From: Hypanus sabinus
Taxonomy: Eukaryota
Length of the DNA: 64,000 nucleotides
Direction of reading: 5' to 3'
NCBI RefSeq assembly: GCF_030144855.1
Contig: NC_082716.1
Location: 25,606,001 to 25,670,000 of the forward strand
Positions within the stretch are counted from its first letter, which is position 1. Every line of letters begins with the position of its first letter. A program made the position numbers and the translations under genes. The notes beneath the pieces were generated by a model that was given only the letters and a program-made list of their open reading frames with translations, searched no databases and was not told the DNA's origin. Of this stretch, positions 49,863-62,770 are shown one piece after another.

Positions 49863-50811
49863 ATAATTAGTTCAATCTTTAATAGAAGGACATGATCTGC
49901 TTTTATATAATGCAGGTAGGATCAAATAGTAATTGGAATCTTCCTGTGCTGAATGTCTGGCTGAGGAGGCTTTCCACCTCGACTAAGTGCCCATTAAGGA
50001 AAAGGTAGAAACAATGACACAGGTCTGTTGCCATCACTGAAGATAAATGTGCCCATAAAGTATTCTATTGTATGTTTTAAACTGTAATGTTTATTGCCTT
50101 CAACCCTCAGATTGGTTACTGCAGGGGCAATGTTTTCATTAAAGGAGATGCAATTTCAACTGCAAAGACAGTCTCCATGAAATTTATTTAAAGTTGCTTT
50201 TCAACATTGTGCTCTTTGTCTGAACCCAAGGCAGTAAGCACTGAAGTTAAAAAAAAAATGTGACATTATTATAGTTGAGAACCAATAACATTATTTGGTG
50301 TGTTAATGACAATTGCTGGAACATCATGGGTCACCTTCCTTGGACTGAGGGTAGTTTTGAAGTAAGTAATCATTTTGTAGATCATCCTTGTTGAACAAAA
50401 CCACATGAAAATAGTGAATGTAATAAAAGGTACAATAAATTCACTATTCACTTGAATTACTTTCCACTGACTTGTGTCAGATTGCACAACATTTGTCCTT
50501 GCTTCCAATTGGCCACAATTGCCATTATTATTAGATTAAATGTAAAGGTTAAAACTACTTTCTTTCTCTGTGGCTGTTACCTTAATTCTCTCCTCCCTCA
50601 CGTGACAAACTCATAGAGTTCGACATCACTGGAGCTGAGGCTTTCTGTCCAGCAGCCTCTCTGCATTTGCCAACCATGCTAAGCTTCTACAGTTTTCCCG
50701 TGCCCTTATCCACCAGAGTTCATCTTGTGAACGTGGCCTGCCCCTTCTTTTGATAAGGTATCATTTCAACTGCAAATATACATGGAAAATAGAATTCATT
50801 TTATCCTTAAT

Positions 50812-51498
50812 ATTCAGATTCAGATTCAGTTTATTGTCATTTAGAAACCACAAATGCAATGCAGTTAAAAAATGAGACAATGTTCCTCCAGAATGATATC
50901 ACAAAAGCATATGACAAAACAGACTACACCAGAAAATCCACATAACATTTGGCAATCCCCAATACAGAGAGGCTGCTGCGTATTAATATCGTGCTACCGT
51001 CTTAGCGTCTTCCCCAGAAAGGAGCTCCAAATCCACCAGACAAAACAAGGCCAAAAACTAAAACTACAAGACCTGCACAAAACCACATAGTTACAACATA
51101 TAGCTACAACAGTGCAAACGATAGCATAATTGATAAAAAAAAACAGACCATGGGCACAGTAAAAATAGTCCAAAGATGTTAAGGGACTATAAGTTCAAAA
51201 GAAATCACCACACTGTTTCCACGTCCCCAGGGTCCCGAAAGACTCGCCATCCCACGCCGGCCGCAGAAGGGAATACCCCCGCTATGGACTTCCACGGCGC
51301 CGCCCGACTCAGCCTCGCAGACACAGCACACAATGAGAGCTCTGTCAAACCCAGCCTCGCAGACACAGCACACAGTGAAAGTGACGTGACCGCAGCGGAC
51401 TCCAAGTCCGTCGAACTTCCAAGCCTCCGACCATCCTCTCCGGCACAGCTTCTCCATGCACCATCCTCTGCTGAGCGTATTAAGATGCCCCCACCAAC
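50812..51498 (-). mobile_element. CpG-rich LINE-type 3' UTR element with (ctgaat)n tail, probably Rex1-mobilised
   Basis: attcagattcagattcagtttattgtc (reverse complement gacaataaactgaatctgaatc); many CpGs retained; 23-bp direct repeat at 51310-51332 and 51352-51374. Confidence 0.6.
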
Positions 51499-51677
51499 AG
51501 TTGGAATTGTGGTATCATGTGAGTGTAGTGGTTATCATGATGCTGTTACAACTCAGGGTTATGGAGTTCAGCGTCCGATTCCCTACCCTGGCACCTGTGT
51601 CAGTTGGTAAGTGAGAGTACTTAGCTTTGCATTAGTTCAGTAGTATAGTTGTTTGATAACTGGAAAGATATAATATA

Positions 51678-51752
51678 CAGTTCTGTGCAAAAGTTTTAGA
51701 AACCTTAGATATATATGTTTAAGACCTATATATGTGACTAAGCACAGTACTG
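51678..51752. mobile_element. Mini Tc1-type MITE
   Basis: ta cagttctgtgcaaaagttttag ... gcacagtactg ta, with TA flanks. Confidence 0.6.
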
Positions 51753-51759
51753 TATTTAT

Positions 51760-51978
51760 TTGTAGCATTTTGTTTTTTTGATGCTCTTTTATACTTACAC
51801 AGTTTGTTGCCCTTTGCACATTAGCTGTTGTCCGTCCTATTGGAGCTGGTCTTCCATCGATTCTATTGTGTTTCTTTTATTTACTCAGAATGCCCACCAG
51901 ACGATGAATCTAAAGGTTGTATATGGCACATAAATGTTTTATTATTACTTTGATAATAAATTTACTTTGAACTTTGAG
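51760..51978 (+). mobile_element. Rex1/Babar-like 3' UTR
   Basis: Terminal tactttgataataaatttactttgaactttga is shared with other Rex1 ends here. Confidence 0.75.
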
Positions 51979-52611
51979 TTGAAACTGTTGGAGGAAAGAA
52001 ATCAATGAGCGCACGTATTGGTACATGTCTCTGAGTGTGAATCTCAGTATGTGGAGAAGATGACATTCTGAGAAACCCAAGGTCTTGAATCTGTTTATAA
52101 TCATGGGAAGGATTAAATTGTGAAAAATAGAACTTCAGTTGGAATCCACCTGGCACAGTTCTGAGCTGTAGACAGTTGCAGGGGAAGGAGATGGAACTGA
52201 AAGTGAGATTAGGTCAAAGGTCAGACAGGGAAGAGAAACCAATAAAGGAAGATAGGGTAAAGGACAAATAGAACTTGCATCTAAGAAGAGGACAGTGCTA
52301 CTTCACGAATGCTAATTGTGGAAGAGCCAATAATACAAGACACTACAGAAGCTGGAGATATGAAAAAAAAAAGAAAATACAAGGAGTGAGAGAGTTATTC
52401 ACAGACACCAATGACCAATCATCAGAACTTCCTGATGTCCAGAGTTCACAAATGAATCAGGAATCAATTTCCCCACTCATTGCTGGGGCACAGGTGATGT
52501 ACTACATACTATAACTGGATGTAAGCAGATTTCGAGGATTCAGTTCAATGGTGGAGAAAGAACAGTTCAACATTATAGGTTTGCAAATACTCATTTTAAT
52601 AAACTATTAAC

Positions 52612-55600
52612 AAACCATAAGATATAGGAGCAGAAATAGGCCATTGAGCCCATTGATTCTGCTCTGCCATTCCATCATGGCTAATCTCAGATCTCACTCA
52701 ACCCTATACACCTGCCTTCTCACCATATCCTTTGATGCTCTGCCTTCTCACCATATCATTTGATGCCCTGACCAATCAGGAAATGATCAACTTCAACTTC
52801 CTTACCTCTATCCTAAAAGGTTACCCCTCAATTTACGCCCCCCCCCCCCCCCATAGGACCCATCCTCTCTACATCAACCCTATCTGATCCTTTCAACATT
52901 CGGTAGGTTTCAATGAGATCCCCACCTTATTCTAAATTCCAGTGAGTATATGCCCAAAGCTGCCAAACACTTCTCATATGTTAACTCCTTCATTCCCAGA
53001 ATAATCCACGTGAACCTCCTCTGGACTCTCTCCGATGACAACACATCCTTTCTGATACAAGGGGCCCATAACTGTTGACAATACTCCCAAGTGTAGCCTG
53101 ACTAGTATCTTATAAAAACTCAGCATTATCCCTTGCATTTATTTCTATTCCCCTCAAAATATATGCCAACATTGCATTGCCTTTTTTACTGCAGACTCAG
53201 CCTGTAAATTAAACTTCTGGGAGTCTTTTACATGGGCTCCTAAGTCCTCCTGTACCTCTGATGTTTGAAACTTTTCCCCCATTTCAATAAAGTCCACACA
53301 ATTATTCCTTTTACTAAAATGCATTATCACACTATATTCCATCTGCCACATTTTTGCCCATTATTCCAATTTGTCTAAGTCCTGCTGCAATCACATTGTT
53401 TCCTCAGCACTACCTACCCCTCCACCTATCTTCGTATCATCTGCAAACTTTGCCACAAAGCCATTAATTCCATTATCCAAATCATTAATTTACAATGTGA
53501 AAATTAGTGGTCCCAATACTGATCCTTGAGGAACACCACTAGTCACGAGCAGCAAACCAGAAAAGGTCATTTTTATTCCCACTCGCTGCCTCCTGCCTGT
53601 CAGCCATTCCTCTATCCATGCCAGTATCTTTCCTGCAACACCATATGATTTTATCTTGTAAAGTAGCCTCATGTGTGGCACCTTAAGAAATGCCTTTGGA
53701 AAATCTAAGTAAATGACATCCACTGCCTCTCCATTGTCCACCCTGCTTGATGCTTCCTTGAAGAACTCTAACAGATTTGTCAGGCAAGATTTCACTTTAC
53801 AGAAACCATGCTGACTTTGACTTAGACTTATCATTAGTCTCCAAGTATCCTAAAACCTCATCCTTAATCATAGTCTCCAACACTTTCCCAGCCACTGAGG
53901 TTAGGCAAACTAACCTATAATTTTCTTTATTTTGCCTTCCTCCCTTCTTAAAGAATAGAGTGATATGACCAATGCATCCGTTATCTCCTCAGCAACCTCT
54001 CTTAAGACTCTGGGATGTAGGACACTTCGTCCAGATGACTTACCCACCTTAAGACCTTTGAGTTTGCCTAACACTTTGTAATGGCAATTGCACTCACTCC
54101 TACTACCTGATTCTCTCAGATCTCGGCATACTGCTAGCATCTTCCACAGTGAAGAATGATGCAAAGTACTTACTAAGTTCATCTGCCATTTTTTGTCCAT
54201 CCCCACCCCCCCCCCCCCCCCTTGCTACTTCACCAGCATCATTTTCCAGTGGTCCAATATTAGCTTTCACCTCCCTTTTATTCTTTCTATAACTGAAAAA
54301 CCTTTTAGCATCCTGCTTTTTATTATTGGCTAGTTTTCTCTCATATTTCATCTTTTCTGTTCTTATAGTTTTTTAGATGACTTTTGTTGAATTTTAAAAA
54401 CTTCCCAATCATCCAACTTCCCATATATTTTTGCTACCTTATATACCATTTCCTAGGCTTTTATGAAGTTCCTAACTTCCCTTTTCAGCCACAGATGCCT
54501 ATCCCTGCCATTTGAGAACTTCTTCTGTGGAACATATCCATCTTACTCCTTCTGAACTATTCCCAGAAACATCAGCCTTCTCTGCTCTGCCATGATCCCT
54601 GCCTGTATCCTCCAATCCACCTGGGCAAGCTCCTCTCTCATGCCCCTGTAATTCTCTTTATTCCATTGTGATACTGATACATGTGACTTATGCTTCTCCC
54701 TCTCAAACTGCAGAATGAATTCAATCATATTATGATCACTGCCTCCTAAGGGTTCCTTTACATCAAGCTCCCTAATAAGATCTGGATTATTAAACAACAC
54801 CCAATCTACGATGGCCTTTCCCAATTAGGCTCAAGCATAGGCTGCTCTAAAAAGTCTTTTCATAGGCATTCAACAAATTGGCTCCTTTGTGATTTGACAC
54901 CAACCTGATTTTCCCAATCCCTTGCACATTGAAGACCTCATTATAATTGTGTCATTAACCTGATTACATGCCTTTTCCAGCTCCCTTTGCGATCTTAATC
55001 CTACATCTTGGCTACTATTTGAAGGCCTATTTATGATTTCCATTGTTTTTTTAACCCTTGCAGTTTCTTAACTCCACCCACAAAAATTCAGCATTCTCAT
55101 ATCCTATGTCATCTCTTACTAAAGATATAACTCCATCCCTTACCATCAGAGCCGCACTACCGCCTATGCTTTCCTGTCTGTCCTTTCAAGACAAAGTATA
55201 TCCTTTGCTATTAAAGCTCTCAACTGTGGCCTTCTTTCAGCCACAACTCAGTGTTGCCCACAGTATCATACTGACAAATCTCAAATTGTGCCACGAGTGT
55301 GTCCACCTTATTCCGAGTGCTATGTGCATTTAAGTACAACATCTTCAGTGCTACATTCTTCTGTCTTTTGAATTTTGCTTCTGTGGTACAGTTTAACTTT
55401 TTGCTCTGTCTGCATTTGTACCCAGTCACTGGCTTGGCCTTCCTTACATTCATATTACACCCATCATCTACTTGTAAACCTGCTGACTCATCCTCATCTC
55501 TATCGTAAGTTCCCATCCCCTTGCCATATTAGTTTAAACCACTGCCAACAGTTCTAGTAAACCCACAAGGAAATTGGTTCCCCTCCGATTCAAGTGCAAC

Positions 55601-55740
55601 CTGTCCCTTTTGTACAAGTCCCATCTGCCCCAGAAGAGGTCCCAATTATCCAGAAATCTGAATCCCCGCTCCCTGCTTCAATTCTTCAGCCATTAATTTA
55701 TCTGCCACCTCATTCTATTCCTATCTTCACTGTCGTGTGA
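52612..55740 (-). mobile_element. Long CR1 LINE remnant (end of ORF1, EN, RT, 3' UTR; internal deletions)
   Basis: LYLNAHSTRNK..TELWL (APE start), LGGSDHNMIEF, SQHGFCKVKSCLTNLLEFF, YLDFPKAF, SGVPQGSVLGP, WQMEY. Confidence 0.95.
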
Positions 55741-57617
55741 AGAAACCAATAATTTGCTAAAATATTGATAAAGTATCAAGTCACATGCCTTCAGCCTGTC
55801 TGGGATTCTGATAAACTAAGTGACAGCTGATCTGAATGAAGATCTCCTTGCACCATTCATGATCCTAGTCTGAACAACAGTCCAGGGGTACACTGTGCAT
55901 AGTTAAAAGAAGCTGCTTTCACATTCATTTGTCAATCACAATATTTTTTAAAAAGCGGCTATCCTTCCTGTGATAAGCAAGAGGTGGTGTTAATTGCTTT
56001 CCTGTCATAAACAAGTTTTACCTTAACTTACTGCATCACTGCATGTTTCACAGCTACATGTCTTAGGGACTCATGATTATCTCATTTTTCGAGTAAGTCT
56101 GCTTGCTCAGCCTGGATGCTGGTAGAATACAACTGCATTTTAATTGCAAACATGCTTTTTAACCCTTGCACTACACGCACATAGCACCCAGGTTTTTAAT
56201 TCTGCCAAACTATTCACTTACAAGCACTTTTTACCCATCATTTGACAGAACATCAGCTTTGATATTATGATGCATTTGCATGTCAATTAGTATTCACTTA
56301 CTGAGCTACTATTGGGATACAATAGATGTGTAGCAATCCTCTCTCTGAGTAAAATTGCTAATTGGTGCTAAGTGGGCCAAGGAGATCTATCTAAGTCCAT
56401 TGCTTATGAAATGTTAACTGTCAGTAGAGAGGGGAAAATGCTACTTATCAAACTGAATTTAAACGCTTTGCAAAAGGGGCCTTGTGCTGAGCCATTCCAT
56501 AGGTCAAAATAAGCCTGGGATAAATAAACAGGATGGAAGTCTCAGTCTGTAACATGTCCAACAAAATTAATTCATGTGATTGCTCTAAAACACACAACTG
56601 CCAATATTTCAGACAATTTCAGACTAAATTGCCCATTTTAGTCAACCGCATGGGAAGTTGAAAAACTGACCTTGCCGTTGCAGATGTGTTCTGCTCAAAT
56701 TAGAGTTGAGTTATATTATTTGGGAGGAACAGATGGGTCTTAATTCCACTCCTGGCTCTGCTTTACCTGACCTAAGAGTGCTTGCTGCTGACATTGCCTG
56801 CTCAAAGTAGAAACATGTTCCAATCCAAAGCTTTCACATGCTTACTTTCATGAGCACTTTGTTCCTGCATGAAGCATTTGCCGATCAGGTGTAACAAATC
56901 TGAAATGCAGGTTGAGACTCCCACCACAATAGTATACTCCAAGCACATTCAGAAGAGCAACCATTCATGACTGAAATATGAATGTCACCTAGTAGAGCAT
57001 CAATGATAGCCCGTTTAGTCATTGTCTTCATAGGAGGTTACTGAGATTTTTATGCCATAAGATTGTTCCTACTAGAACTAGGATCAGACTATGCAGGCTC
57101 ATTTTCCTTGCTGTCAATTATTTTATTGATTTGATCTGAATTCCTACTCAGTCAGTAAGGGTGATAGGACTCTGCACTAACTTATTTATCTTATTTGTTG
57201 TTTTTGAAGTATAAGATTGAACTTCTACAAAATTCAATTTGTTATGTCTTAGTATTTTCAGGTCAGACCATGAATGGTATTTTCATTAGAAATTTTCATG
57301 CTAAAAGCAAGTTTGACTTCTTCCAAAAGGTTAACTATTAATCTAAATGTTGATTAAATTGAGATTTTTGCCAGATCCACTGATTGGACATGCAAACAGT
57401 GAATCAGGGTCCACTGAGGAAAGGAACTGGGCTCAATACGTTAACTGATTTCTCTTTCCACAGATATTCTCTAAGTTCCTCCAGTATTTCTGCCATTGCT
57501 ATACCCTCTTCTTTTTTAGTTGCTTTCTATTTTGCATCAGGCTACAGTGTGTACTTGATTGCACCGTAAGTGTGACACTTGTTGAATTAGCTTAGGTAGT
57601 CCTTAAATATCCAAGCT

Positions 57618-57923
57618 CAGAATCAGAATCGGGTTAATATCACTGGAATATGTTGTGAAATTTGTTGTTTTGTAGCAGCAGTACATTGCAATATATAGTA
57701 ATAAAATACCATAAATTACAATAAGAAATATATATAAAAAATAAGTATTGCATAAAAGAGAGCAAAAGTAGTGAGGTAGTGTTCATGAGTTCAATGTCCA
57801 TTCAGAAATCTGATGATAGAAGGGAAGAAGTTGTCCTGAAATATTATGTATATGTCTTCAGGCTCCTGTACCTCCTCCTTGATGGTAGCAAGGAGAAAAT
57901 AACATGTCCTGGGTAATGGGGTC
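57618..57923 (-). mobile_element. Rex1/Babar-like LINE, 3' part (continues at 61866-62770)
   Basis: cagaatcagaatc tail; breaks at gggtaatggggtcc and resumes at ggatgctgccttc near 61869. Confidence 0.8.
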
Positions 57924-58552
57924 CATAAGACCATAAGGCAAAGGAGCAGAAGTCAGCCATTAGGCCCATCGAGTCTGCTCCGCCATTTTGTCATGAACTG
58001 ATCCATTCTCCCATTTAGTCCCACTCCCACGCCTTTTCACCATAACCTTTGATGCCCTGGCTATTCAGATACCAATCAATCTCTGCCTTAAATGCACCCA
58101 ATAACTTGGCCTCCACTGCTGCCCGTGGCAACAAATTCCACAGATTCACCACCCTCTGGCTAAAGAAATTTCTTCACATCTCTGTTCTGAATGGGTGCCC
58201 TTCAATCATTAATTCATGCCCTGTTGGACTAGACTCCCCCACCATGGGAAACAACTCAGCCACATCCACTCTGTCCATGCCTTTCAACATTTGAAATGAT
58301 TCTATGAGGTCCCCCCTCATTCTTCTAAGCTCCAAGGAGTACAGTCCAAGAGCGGTCAAACATTCCTCATATCTTAACCTTCTCATTCCTGGATTCATTC
58401 TGGTGAATCTTCTCTGAACCCTCTCCAACGTCAACACATCCTTTCTTAAATAAGGAGCCCAAAACTGGACACAGTATTCCAAGTGAGGTCTTACCAGTGT
58501 CTTATAGATCCTCAACATCACATCCCCGCTCCTATACTCTATTCCCCTAAAG
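57924..58552 (-). mobile_element. CR1 LINE, 3' part (continues at 61242-61865)
   Basis: YKTLVRPHLEYCVQFWAPYLRKD, RRMRGDLIE; tail cttatggtcttatgg. Confidence 0.95.
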
Positions 58553-61241
58553 CAGTGGTCAGCACCCTTTACCACTGAAAGAGCCATTTGGACCCGTTTC
58601 CCACAGAAAAGAAAACACTGGGAGCCACAAAACCCGTTTGACACTTAAAATGAAATAACACTGCATACAATGCTTTTTTTGCCTTTATGCTATGTATAAA
58701 CAAACTATAATGTGTTGCATTTATGAAATCGATGGACTCCTGCAGAGAAAACGAAATTACATTTCTGCATGCAACAAAAACATTTTGAACTCCGAAAAAA
58801 AGACGTTGGGTTGAAGGTTACTTTTAAGTAAAATACTCAAAGTCGATTTGAGTCCTTCTTGTATTTATGAAAAACGCCAAACTTAAATTGTCCGCCAGCA
58901 GCAAACCAAAAATAACGTCAGCCATCTGTCAACCTGAAAAATAAAAGGACTATTTCACTGAACAATGAAAAATATGAATATACGTAAAATAATAGGCAAT
59001 TAAAATATTTATCATACTTGGTTAATGGGATTTCTGCTCCTGGACCTCAGCGCACAGTGTCTGCACATTAGGGCTGTATGACGTCACCTTCATCTTTACA
59101 CAGGATCGCAAGCTGTCACCTGTGAGGCGTGCGCGATGTTTGTTTTTAATAAAGTTCATGTTGGAGACCACCTGCTCACATACATATGTGGATCCAAAGA
59201 TCGACAGGACTCCAAGCGCATACTTTTTAATGTTTACATAAGTGTCGGGGATAGCATTCCATGTTTCGAACACAAGTTTGTCCGATTTGAGGAGGTTTTC
59301 AATATCACTCCATTTGTGATTCTGAGCAAGAATGGACTTCTGACGGGCAACATCTTCAAGGTCTGCTGTCAAGCGTCTAAACTTGGTCACCCATATGTCT
59401 TTGTCGGCTAAGTCGGCCAGTTCCATCTCAAGATCAGATTGAATCACACCTGCCAATGCAGTCGTATTCAGTAGGGATGGATCGATGCTTCGGGGAGTGA
59501 CCGGGAAGGATAATGTGTTTTTTTCCTCTCTGAACTCACAGAAGTGTTTCCCAAATGATGCTTGTATTGCAATGATTGCAGAATGTAGTACTCTGAATTT
59601 ATCATGTCGTGAGTTTGTTTGAACTCTCTCAAATTGGGGAAGTGAGACAATGTGCCTTTCTGTAAATCTCTGGCAAGCACTGTCAACTTGCGCTCAAATG
59701 CCAAAACCTCCTCCAACATGTGCAGGGCTGTGCGTCCTTTCCCCTGAAGAGCTGTGTTCAGCGTGTTCATGTGCGCTGTCATGTCTACCATGAAGTGTAG
59801 CTTTTCCAGCCACTCTGGTTGTTCCAGCTCAGGAAAGGTGAGCCCTTTGCTGCCCAGGAAAGTTTTCACTTCTTCCAGACACACGACAAAGCGTTTCAGC
59901 ACCTCCCCTCTGGACAGCCACCGGACTTTGTTGTGCAGCAGGAGATCAGAATATGCGCTTTTCAGCTCGTCCAGTAACAAACGGAATTGACGGTGATTTA
60001 AACTTTTTGCCATTATTTTATTGACAATCTAAATGACAACATCCATTACTTCTGTGCATTCCGGAGGAAATGTTTGAGCACACAGTGCATCTTGGTGCAA
60101 GATGCAGTGAACAGTCAGCAGCTTTCTGTCCAGCGACTTCTGCAGTAAAGCCACAAATCCCTTGTGCGCTCCTGTCATACTTGGTGCCCCATCAGTAGCT
60201 ACTGACACCAGGTGGGTGTCCTTTATTCCTTTGGCTCTTAAACAATTCAAGACAGCCTCACAGATGTCCTCCCCCCGTGTTTGGCCTTTTAGAGTTATCA
60301 CCTCAATCATTTCTTCCTGTGGCCAGGCAGAGTTTACATACCGGCAGAACAGCGCTATTTGTTCAATATTACCTTTGTCTTTAGACTCGTCACAGGCAAT
60401 CGAGTAGGCCACAGCTGAATTGATGTCTTTAGTTTGCTGTCTTGTGATGTCTTCTGCCATTTTTATGGTTCTGTCTTTGACAGTCTTTGCAGAGAGGGGC
60501 ATATCCCTGATTTTCTGCACAATTTCACTCTTGTTTTTAAAGTCCGTGAATAGATGTTCTGAAATCTTAATGAAAGATTCTTTTATATATTCACCATCTG
60601 AAAACAGCTTCCCGTGCCTGACTATTTCCTGAGCGGCAACAAAACTAGCATATGTAGTTGATTTTCCAGGTTTCATCCACTTCTTGAAATGATTTTTGCT
60701 CAGATCAACCTTCCGCATCAGTTCCGAAACGACTGTTTTTTCTCCTCATCTCCATCCGGATATTTTTGAGCAAAGGCTGCGTGTTTATTCTGGAAATGTC
60801 TTGCGACTTTTGACTTTTTGTTGTTTGCTAGTTTCTCATTGCATATTAAGCATACCGGTAAACCAGTCTCGTCAGCAGTGAAAGCAAATGAATCTGCCCA
60901 CGTATCATTAAACGTTCTGTTTTCTTCATTCACTTTTCTTTTATTAGAATTCTCCATAATTAGCCTACCTTGGATTGAAAAATTAAAGAGATCACGCACT
61001 GGCGGGTGTCAGGCATTGGCAGTGGTGACGTATATTAATAGCGACAAAAAACACATTTTATTTGGATTGTACAAGATCACCATAATCTTCAAATATAGAA
61101 TTACATTTCAAAAACTAACAAACTAACATAAAATATATTTTAATTAAATACTTAACATTTATTTTCCAAAGCCACAGGGAGCCGCAGCACAGAGATGAAA
61201 GAGGCGCATGCGGCTCTGGAGCCGCGGGTTGCCGACCCCTG
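58553..61241 (-). mobile_element. Full-length hAT DNA transposon, Charlie/Buster subfamily (2689 bp)
   Basis: Imperfect TIRs cagtggtcagcaccc / gggttgccgacccctg; 8-bp flanks ccctaaag (58545-58552) and ctctagaa (61242-61249, NTCTAGAN-type target); subterminal palindrome gaggcgcatgcggctc; host CR1 rejoins across it. Confidence 0.95.
59022..60957 (-). pseudogene. hAT transposase (GTF2IRD2/EPM2AIP1/SPIN-like), about 640 aa reconstructed
   Basis: MENSNKRKV start; BED-like CLIC..RHFQNKH; catalytic DES, TDGA and CEQ; HCILHQ; VRWLSRG; FGSTY. Frameshifts near 60740 and 59587; in-frame TAG at 60029-60031. Confidence 0.93.
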
Positions 61242-61865
61242 CTCTAGAAATTAATGCCAACATTGCATTCGCCTTCTTCACCACCGACTCAACCTGGAGG
61301 TTAACCTTGAGGGTATCCTGCACGAGGACTCCCAAGTCCCATTGCATCTCCGAAATTTGAATTCTTTCCCCATTTAAATAATTGTCTGCTCGTTTATTTC
61401 TTCTACCGAAGTGCATGACCATACACTTTCCAACATTGTATTTCATTTGCCACTTCTCTGCCCATTCTCCCAATCTATCCAAGTCTCTCTGCAGACTCTC
61501 TGTTTCCTCAGCACTGTCGGCCCCTCCACCTATCTTTCTATCACCAGCAGACTTAGCCACAAAGCATCTATTCCATAATCCAAATCGTTGATACGCAACG
61601 TAAAAAGAAGCAGCCCCAACACGGACCCTGTGGAACACCACTGGTAACTGGCAGCCAACCAGAATGGGATCCCTTTATTCACACTCTCTATTTCCTGCCA
61701 ATCAACCAATGCTCTATCCATGTATGTAACTTTCCCGTAATTCCATGGGCTGTTATCTTGTTTAGCAGCCTCATGTGCGGCACTTAATCAAAGGTCTTCT
61801 AAAAATCCTACACAACATTCACTGCATCTCCCTTGTCTAGCCTATTTGTAATTTCCTCAAAAATT
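61242..61865 (-). mobile_element. CR1 LINE, upstream part of 57924-58552
   Basis: LQRDLDRLGEWAEKWQMKYNVGKC, VVKKANAMLALISRG. Confidence 0.95.
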
Positions 61866-62770
61866 ATTGGATGCTGCCTTCTGGAAGCATAACCTTTTGA
61901 AGGTGTCCTTGATGCTGGAGAGACTAGTGCCCATGATGGAGCCAGCTGAGTTTACAACTTTCTACAGCTGTTTCCAATCCTGTGTAGTGGCCTGTCCATA
62001 CTAGACAGTGATGCAACCAGATAGAACGATCTCCATGGTACATCTGTCGAAGCTAGAGAGAAACTTTGGTAACATATAGATTTTTCTCAAACTCCTACTG
62101 AAATATAGCCACTGTTGTGCCTTCTTTGTAATTGTAACAATATGCTGGGCCCAGGATAGATCTTTGAAGATATTGACACATAAGAACTTGAAATTGCTCA
62201 CCTTTTCCACTTTTGATCCCTTGAAGTGGACTGATGTGTGTTCCATCAATTTCGCTTTCCTGAAGGATACAATCAATTCCTTGGTCTTACTGACATTGAG
62301 TACAAGATTATTGTTGTGATACCACTCAGCCAGTTAATCTATTTTGCTCCTGTACACCTCCTTCATACTATCTGAAATTCTGCCAACAATAGTTATGTCA
62401 TCAGCAAGTTTATAGATGATGTTTGATCTGTGCCTGGCCACACAGGCATAGGTACAAAGAGAATAGAGCCGTCAGCAAAGGATAAGCACCCTTGAGGTGC
62501 GACAGTGTGGATTGTCAGTGAGGAAAAGATGTTATTTCTGATTTGCACTGACTGTAGTTTTGCAGTGAGGAAGCCAAGGATCCAGTTGTAGAGGGAGGTA
62601 CAGAGGCCCAGGTTTTGAGCTTGCTAATTAGAACTGACTATGATTGTTTTGAATGCTGAACCGTAATCATTAAACAGCTGTTGCCCTGGTGATCCAAGGT
62701 TGTGTGAAGATCCAGTGAGATTGCTTCCACTGCAGATGCATTGTGGTGATAACCAAATTGCAGAAGGTCT
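61866..62770 (-). mobile_element. Rex1/Babar-like LINE, upstream part of 57618-57923
   Basis: FKFLCVNIFKDLSWAQHI, LSGCITV, YKLAD. Confidence 0.85.

Noticed and set aside
50610-50760. AT-hook-like KRRGRPR on minus
   Set aside because: The frame is closed by stops on both sides and has no suitable start or in-frame acceptor.
51176-51610. 144-aa ORF with repeated SLADTAH
   Set aside because: Lies antisense in a GC-rich retroelement UTR; the peptide repeat reflects a DNA duplication.
59022-60999. Host gene GTF2IRD2/ZBED/EPM2AIP1
   Set aside because: Bounded by TIRs and a TSD, nested in a LINE and disrupted; it is a transposon copy, not a domesticated gene.
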